Source: Laetmonice hystrix | Taxonomy: Eukaryota | Length of the DNA: 64,000 nt | Direction of reading: 5' to 3' | NCBI GenBank assembly: GCA_965235115.1 | Contig: OZ249436.1 | Span: 3,226,001 to 3,290,000 of the forward strand | The notes under the pieces: generated by a model | Told to the model about the DNA's origin: nothing | What the model saw: the letters and a program-made list of their open reading frames with translations, nothing else | The model's database searches: none | Program-made: the position numbers and the translations under genes | Shown: one piece after another, positions 49,101 to 58,100 of the stretch | Layout: the number at the start of each line of letters is the position of its first letter | Position numbering within the stretch: the stretch's first letter is position 1

Positions 49101-52100
49101 ATTCTTGATTTTATATCACTTTATGGAGTTATACGATGGCGCCCCCTGTGGGCCAAGTTATCAACACGGGACCCTGAGTTTTGACTATTTTGTATAATAT
49201 ATTGATTGAGTTTATTACTCTTGTTTAGACACCGCCCACCTGGAGAAGAAAGATGTGACTGACCCCCAGGAGGAGGAAGACGAGAAGGAGAAGCATGGCA
49301 CGCGACTCTCCCTCCCAGTGAGGGAGGAGGAGAAGAAACCACTGGAGGAAGAAATCACTCCCGCACCTCGAGTAAGATTTCAATCACTCTCCAGGGGCGA
49401 CTCCTGGGTTGTACATTTAGGGGGGGTTAGATACAGCGGCAGGCTATTAAAGGCACACTGTTCGCGCACTGCACAAGGGTTGTCAGCTCATTTTTTGCCA
49501 AAGGAACTCTGGATGTAGCAAGTCGACTCCCTGGCTGTTGGAACCGCCCCTGTTCTGTTCCCTTCTGTTGAGAGCAAGCACTCTGATGCGGAAGATTTAC
49601 TTAGAACATGTATAAACATTTTATTCCTCATAAGTAGAAGTATAAAATTTGATGTTGATTGACTAGGCCACATGAGTTTGTTATCTGATTTCTGATTGGC
49701 TGCCGTTGTGTTTCCTTCCTAGTTGAGTCAGCCACCCAGAGGTCACCGTGAGGTTCGAGTCAATGACTCCGACACCGACTCGGACAATGACGAACTCGAG
49801 CGAGGACCAAACATTCACGAGGCCGCCAAACAGGGCGATCTCTCACGGGTAAAACGACACATAGAACACAATATCAAAGCCAAAGAGTGAGTCCTTTATT
49901 CTTCTTATCGTGTCTGTAATCTGGCAGTCTATTTCAATCATTCAGAACCACAAACATATACCACCATTTATACTGACGAAAGGGTAGAATGTGCTGATAA
50001 AAGTGGAAAGTAACGAATGCAGTTTTGAAATGGGACCATAGACGTAGAATAGACCTAACTGGGGTTGTCTAAATATATATGTTAAAGTGACACTGTCGTC
50101 CTTCCGCTCTTTGCTCTCGGGAGGCCGTGCTATGGTCTAATGTGCTATTTATAGACCTACATAAGACAGCCTTAGTTATCAAATACGACACTAGGTGGCT
50201 GTGAGCATGATCTGACGGACGACAGTGCCGCTTTAAGAAAGTATCTGAAGTTATTGCGAGAATTACGGGTAGGAGGCCATAATTATAATCTACAGCTCCT
50301 ACGTAACGATATAGATATAGGCCCTAGATTATTGAAGATAGGGTTTTGTACCGCTGAGAGTCATACTTACCCCCTCCTGTCCCCCACTCAGTACCACAGA
50401 CATTGCCATACCGGTGAGAGTGATACTCAACCCCTCCTGTCCTCCACTCAGTGCCACAGACATTGCCATACCGGTGAGAGTCATACTCACCCCCTCCTGT
50501 CCTCCACTCAGTGCCACAGACATTGCCATACCGGTTAGAGTCATACTTACCCCCTCCTGTCCCCCACTCAGTGCCACACACATTGCCATACCGGTGAGAG
50601 TCATACTCACCCCCTTCTGTCCCCCACTCAGTACCACACACATTGCCATACCGGTGAGAGTCATACTTACCCCCTCCTGTCCCCCACTCAGTGCCACACA
50701 CATTCCCATACCGGTGAGAGTCATACTCACCCCCTCCTGTCCTCCACTCAGTGCCACACACATTGCCATACCGGTGAGAGTCATACTTACCCCCTCCTGT
50801 CCTTCACTCAGTACCACACACATTGCCATACCGGTGAGAGTCATACTTACCCCCTCCTGTCCTCCACTCAGTACCACACACATTGCCATACCGGTGAGAG
50901 TCATACTTACCCCCTCCTGTCCTTCACTCAGTGCCACAGACATTGCCATACCGGTGAGAGTCATACTCACCCCCTCCTGTCCTCCACTCAGTGCCACACA
51001 CATTGCCATACCGGTGAGAGTCATACTCACCCCCTCCTGTCCCCCACTCAGTACCACACACATTGCCATACCGGTGAGAGTCATACTCACCCCCTCCTGT
51101 CCTCCACTCAGTACCACACACATTGCCATACCGGTGAGAGTCATACTCACCCCCTCCTGTCCTCCACTCAGTACCACACACATTGCCATACCGGTGAGAG
51201 TCATACTTACCCCCTCCTGTCCTTCACTCAGTGCCACAGACATTGCCATACCGGTGAGAGTCATACTCACCCCCTCCTGTCCTCCACTCAGTACCACACA
51301 CATTGCCATACCGGTGAGAGTCATACTCACCCCCTCCTGTCCTTCACTCAGTGCCACACACATTGCCATACCGGTGAGAGTCATACTTACCCCCTCCTGC
51401 CCTTCACTCAGTACCACACACATTGCCATACCGGTGAGAGTCATACTCACCCCCTCCTGTCCTCCACTCAGTACCACAGACATTGCCATACCGGTGAGAG
51501 TCATACTCACCCCCTCCTGTCCTCCACTCAGTACCACACACATTCCCATACCGGTGAGAGTCATACTCACCCCCTCCTGTCCTCCACTCAGTACCACACA
51601 CATTGCCATACCGGTGAGAGTCATACTCACCCCCTCCTGTCCTCCACTCAGTACCACACACATTGCCATACCGGTGAGAGTCATACTTACCCCCTCCTGT
51701 CCTTCACTCAGTGCCACAGACATTGCCATACCGGTGAGAGTCATACTCACCCCCTCCTGTCCTCCACTCAGTACCACACACATTGCCATACCGGTGAGAG
51801 TCATACTCACCCCCTCCTGTCCTTCACTCAGTGCCACACACATTGCCATACCGGTGAGAGTCATACTTACCCCCTCCTGTCCTCCACTCAGTGCCACACA
51901 CATTGCCATACCGGTGAGAGTCATACTCACCCCCTCCTGTCCTCCACTCAGTACCACACACATTGCCATACCGGTGAGAGTCATACTTACCCCCTCCTGT
52001 CCCCCACTCAGTACCACACACATTGCCATACCGGTGAGAGTCATACTTACCCCCTCCTGTCCCCCACTGAGTACCACACACATTGCCATACCGGTGAGAG

Positions 52101-55100
52101 TCATACTTACCCCCTCCTGTCCTCCACTCAGTACCACACACATTGCCATACCGGTGAGAGTCATACTCACCCCCTCCTGTCCCCCACTGAGTACCACACA
52201 CATTGCCATACCGGTGAGAGTCATACTTACCCCCTCCTGTCCTCCACTCAGTACCACACACATTGCCATACCGGTGAGAGTCATACTTACCCCCTCCTGT
52301 CCTCCACTGAGTACCACACACATTGCCATACCGGTGAGAGTCATACTCACCCCCTCCTGTCCCCCACTGAGTACCACACACATTGCCATACCGGTGAGAG
52401 TCATACTTACCCCCCTGTCCTCCACTCAGTACCACACACATGGCCATACCGGTGAGAGTCATACTTACCCCCTCCTGTCCTCCACTCAGTACCACACACA
52501 TTGCCATACCGGTGAGAGTCATACGCACCCCCTCCTGTCCCCCACTGAGTACCACACACATTGCCATACCGGTGAGAGTCATACTTACCCCCCCTGTCCT
52601 CCACTCAGTACCACACACATTGCCATACCGGTGAGAGTCATACTTACCCCCTCCTGTCCTTCACTCAGTACCACACACATTGCCATACCGGTGAGAGTCA
52701 TACTCACCCCCTCCTGTCCTCCACTCAGTGCCACACACATTGCCATACCGGTGAGAGTCATACTCACCCCCTCCTGTCCTCCACTCAGTACCACACACAT
52801 TGCCATACCGGTGAGAGTCATACTTACCCCCTCCTGTCCCCCACTCAGTGCCACACACATTGCCATACCGGTGAGAGTCATACTCACCCCCTCCTGTCCT
52901 CCACTCAGTGCCACACACATTGCCATACCGGTGAGAGTCATACTCACCCCCTCCTGTCCTCCACTCAGTACCACACACATTGCCATACCGGTGAGAGTCA
53001 TACTTACCCCCTCCTGTCCCCCACTCAGTGCCACACACATTGCCATACCGGTGAGAGTCATACTCACCCCATCCTGTCCTCCACTCAGTGCCACAGACGA
53101 GCTGGGCTGGGCTCCCGTCCATGTAGCAGCGTCCTATGGTCACGTGGACGTCATCAAGTGGTTAGCTGTGAGTAGTGCCAACCTGGACGCCCAGACACCT
53201 ACCGGCTACTCTCCCATGCACCTGGCCGCCATGCAGGGTCACACCAACGGCATGATCGTGAGTGGCGCCCCCTATTGTCTCTGATTGACTTCTGTCAGGA
53301 CAGAATAAGATCAAGATGTTTTGTCACTGAACTGAAATGGCCGACGAGAAAAGATATATTTCCCAATGAAACGGGACACATTATTATACCTGAAAGTTTT
53401 TTTTTGAATAAATAATTTAGAATTCGCTGCCCTGGCTGATGACTTTGGTATTTTATCCTCAGGTGTTGAATGCTATGGGAGCCAAACTGAACGCCATGTC
53501 AGTAGAACACCAGTCTGCGCTCCACGTGGCCGCAAAGGGGTAAGAAAAGAAATCAAATATCTTTGAAGTTTTTACTTTCCCTTTGATCTGTGAATCGCAT
53601 GATTCGCTAATAATCGTAGAATGACTTATGAAGGCGCGGCGTAGATTTTATTGATTTTTTAAAATTTAAAAATGGCCTTGTATTTGTCAGAGGTTACTTG
53701 GAGAGTGTGAAGTGGTTGGTTGCTAACCGGTGTTCCCTAGAGACAGCCGACAACATGGGACGGCGGCCGGTAGACCTGGCTGAGGAGCACAACCAACAAG
53801 CTGTCCATGACTTCCTCAAACTTTGTGCTAAGGAACAGGTGAAAAATCCGGACGGAAGCTTCGCAATGATGAGGACAGACAGCAGGAGAAGGTGAGTTTG
53901 TCTCATTGATAAACCCACCTGTACAAGTTATCTCTGGAGGGACAGGTAATTACTGTGGGGGTCGTCTCATTGATAAACCCACCTGTCTAAGGTATCTCTG
54001 GAGGGACAGGTAATTACTGTGGGGGTCGTCTCATTGATTAACCCACCTGTCTAAGGTATCTCTGGAGGGACTGGTAATTACTGTGGGGGTCGTCTCATTG
54101 ATTAACCCACCTGTACAAGGCATCTCTGGAGGGACTGGTAATTACTGTGGGGGTCGTCTCATTGATAAACCCACCTGTCTAAGGTATGTCTGGAGGGACT
54201 GGTAATTACTGTAGGGTTGTCCCATTGATTAACCCACCTGTCCAAGGTATCTCTGGAGGGACTGGTAATTACAAGTGTACAATTGTACTGCAATGTCCCT
54301 GTTCTACCAGTTGTGGTCCGTGTATGACATGTGGTCCGTGTATGACACGTGGTCCGTGTATGACACGTGGTCCCTGTATGACATGTGGTCCGTGTATGAC
54401 ATGTACGATGTCCGTGTTCTGCCTGTTGTGGTCCGTGTATGACATGTGGTCCGTGTATGACACGTGGTCCCTGTATGACATGTGGTCCCTGTGTGACATG
54501 TGGTCCCTGTATGACACGTGGTCCCTGTATGACATGTGGTCCCTGTATGACATGTGGTCCCTGTATGACATGTGGTCCGTGTATGACACGTGGTCCCTGT
54601 ATGACATGTGGTTCCTGTATGACATGTGGTCCCTGTATGACATGTGGTCCGTGTATGACACGTGGTCCCTGTATGACATGTGGTTCCTGTATGACATGTG
54701 GTCCCTGTATGACATGTGGTCCGTGTATGACACGTGGTCCCTGTATGACATGTGGTCCCTGTGTGACATGTGGTCCCTGTGTGACATGTGGTCCCTGTAT
54801 GACATGTGGTCCTTGTATGACATGTGGTCCCTGTATGACACGTGGTCCCTGTATGACATGTGGTCCGTGTATGACACGTGGTCCGTGTATGACACGTGGT
54901 CCCTGTATGACACGTGGTCCCTGTATGACATGTGGTCCGTGTATGACATGTGGTCCGTGTATGACATGTGGTCCCTGTATGACACGTGGTCCGTGTATGA
55001 CATGTGGTCCGTGTATGACATGTGGTCCGTGTATGACATGTGGTCCGTGTATGACATGTGGTCCGTGTATGACATGTGGTCCGTGTATGACATGTGGTCC

Positions 55101-58100
55101 GTGTATGACATGTGGTCCGTGTATGACATGTGGTCCGTGTATGACACGTGGTCCGTGTATGACATGTGGTCCCTGTATGACACGTGGTCCCTGTATGACA
55201 CGTGGTCCCTGTATGACACGTGGTCCGTGTATGACATGTGGTCCGTGTATGACATGTGGTCCCTGTATGACATGTGGTCCGTGTATGACATGTGGTCCCT
55301 GTATGACACGTGGTCCGTGTATGACATGTGGTCCGTGTATGACATGTGGTCCGTGTATGACATGTGGTCCGTGTATGACATGTGGTCCCTGTATGACATG
55401 TGGTCCCTGTATGCCACGTGGTCCGTGTATGACATGTGGTCCCTGTATGACACGTGGTCCCTGTATGACACGTGGTCCCTGTATGACACGTGGTCCGTGT
55501 ATGACATGTGGTCCGTGTATGACACGTGGTCCCTGTATGACATGTGGTCCCTGTATGACATGAGAACATTTTTTGTTACCAGTCTCGAGAGTACGGGGAA
55601 GAAATCAACGACAAGTAATTCTGACGAGGACAGCGAGAGCAACGACGAGTCCGACGATAGCGACCCCACGTGGCGTGACGTAAGCATTGCCGTCAGAGGC
55701 GCCCCCTATGTGTGGTTTAATTCCACATCAAGCCCCGTTCCTCCAGGGACCTTTTATTTTCTGAAAACAAGAAGACAATAAGTGAACTGTGTTGTAAATT
55801 AAATATTCATGGCGGCATGGTATAGGTTTGTTATCCTTCAGAGATTCCCTAGAGGTGTCGGGATAACGTACAATTACTTTAGAATGTATTATAACATTAG
55901 CGTGTAGATAAACCATAGACTGCATGTAGTATGTGGGGTAAGTATAACAGTTGTAGATAGGCCTATATAACTTTACGTTTATCATTTACTCTCAGGCTCG
56001 GCCTGACAGTATAACAGTTGTAGATAGGCCTATATAACTTTACGTTTATCTTTTACTCTCAGGCTCGGCCTGACAGTATAACAGTTGTAGATAGGCCTAT
56101 ATAACTTTACATTTATCTTTTACTCTCAGGCTCGGCCTGACAGTATAACAGTTGTAGATGGCCTATATAACTTTACGTTTATCTTTTACTCTCAGGCTCG
56201 GCCTGACAGTATAACAGTTGTAGATAGGCCTATATAACTTTACGTTTATCTTTTACTCTCAGGCTCGGCCTGACAGTATAACAGTTGTAGATAGGCCTAT
56301 ATAACTTTACGTTTATCATTTACTCTCAGGCTCGGCCTGACAGTATAACAGTTGTAGATAGGCCTATATAACTTTACGTTTATCATTTACTCTCAGGCTC
56401 GGCCAACAGTCCCGCATGGTGACAAGGAAAGTATTAGAAAGTCGGACGAGGATACGGACTCGAGAAAAACGTCCAAACATGACGAAGAATTGATGGTATG
56501 TTATCATTTTGATAAGAAATATGAAATTTTAAACTGCAAATAGAATATAAAATTGTCTGTAGAAGTGTCAGTGAGTCACTTGTCAAACAAATGCAAATAT
56601 TTATTAAGGAAATTTACTTTTTCTAACTGTCCTTTCTCACTAACATTTCTGAGAGAATATTATTTTAAAATTCAATCCAGGTCTTAGATTTCACTTGTCG
56701 TTTTTGTTTTAGTCTTGATTACTGGTATCTACGTAGATGGTCAGTCACACAAAAGTAACACGACCTAACTAGGACTCTCTATTAGTTCATAGTGATGTTT
56801 AACATTGGGAGTTAGCAACCCACTAAACATTTGTTTCCGACGGGAGATGCAAACTTTAGTCTCGCATTGAGATAGACTCCTATCATTATGTATTTACCAG
56901 CAACGGTTTTTAAACAACTGTGCCGTCTACGATAAACCGTAAAGTACGAAGTTTACTCAGTAGAAGCTGGTACACCATGCATGACAGTCATGATTGTTCT
57001 CTAGTTGTGTGTCATCTTAAACGATTGAATGACCCACTTAGTATGATAAAGGCAATGGCTTCAGGAATCCCTCAATAAAAATATTTGTTAAAGACCCCTT
57101 CAAACCCTCTGGGGGTAAATAGGAATCACCTCACCCTCTGGGGGTAAACACGAACCACCTCACCCTCCGTGGGTAAATAGGAACCACCTCACCCTCCGCG
57201 GGTAAATAGGAACCACCTAACCCTCCGTGGGTAAATAGGAACCACCTCACCCTCCGGGGGTAAATTCAGATTGATGCGATGCTGAGAGTGCACCCACCTT
57301 AGTATATATGTCAGCATGTACCACCCCTAAGTAAATCTATCCCGTTTTCCTGTTTGTGACAGCACGACTGCACCCCATTCTATGTTCACTGAGATCGTTT
57401 TGTACACTGGCAAGGTTTTGTGAACTCCATTGTTGATACGTGAATAAAGTGATTTAGGGTTTACGTTATACAAGTGGTTGATACGTGAATACAGTGATTT
57501 AGGGTTTACGTTATACAAGTGGTTGATACGTGAATACAGTGATTTAGGGTTTACGTTATCCAAGTGGTTGATACGTGAATACAGTGATTTAGGGTTTACG
57601 TTATACAAGTGGTTGATACGTGAATACAGTGATTTAGGGTTTACGTTATCCAAGTGGTTGATACATGAATACAGTGATTTAGGGTTTACGTTATCCAAGT
57701 GGTTGATACATGAATACAGTGATTTAGGGTTTACGTTATCCAAGTGGTTGATACATGAATACAGTGATTTAGGGTTTACGTTAACTATACAAGTGGTTGA
57801 TACGTGAATACAGTGATTTAGGGTTTACGTTATACAAGTGGTTGATACGTGAATACAGTGATTTAGGGTTTACGTTATACAAGTGGTTGATACGTGAATA
57901 CAGTGATTTAGGGTTTACGTTATACAAGTGGTTGATACGTGAATACAGTGATTTAGGGTTTACGTTATACAAGTGGTTGATACATGAATACAGTGATTTA
58001 GGGTTTACGTTATACAAGTGTATTTGTTCTCGTGTCATGCCGTGTGGCAACCCCGCCCCTCTTGCCCCCCCCCCCCCTCCCCGCATGGGCATGATCTTGG

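Noticed and set aside
54186..55781. Cys/Trp-rich repetitive ORFs (MTCGPC, YDMWSV)
   Set aside because: Translations of an 18-bp array; only 55583-55679 fits the gene model.
57432..58020. Telomere-like tttagggttta
   Set aside because: One TTAGGG per 45-bp unit, not a telomeric tract.
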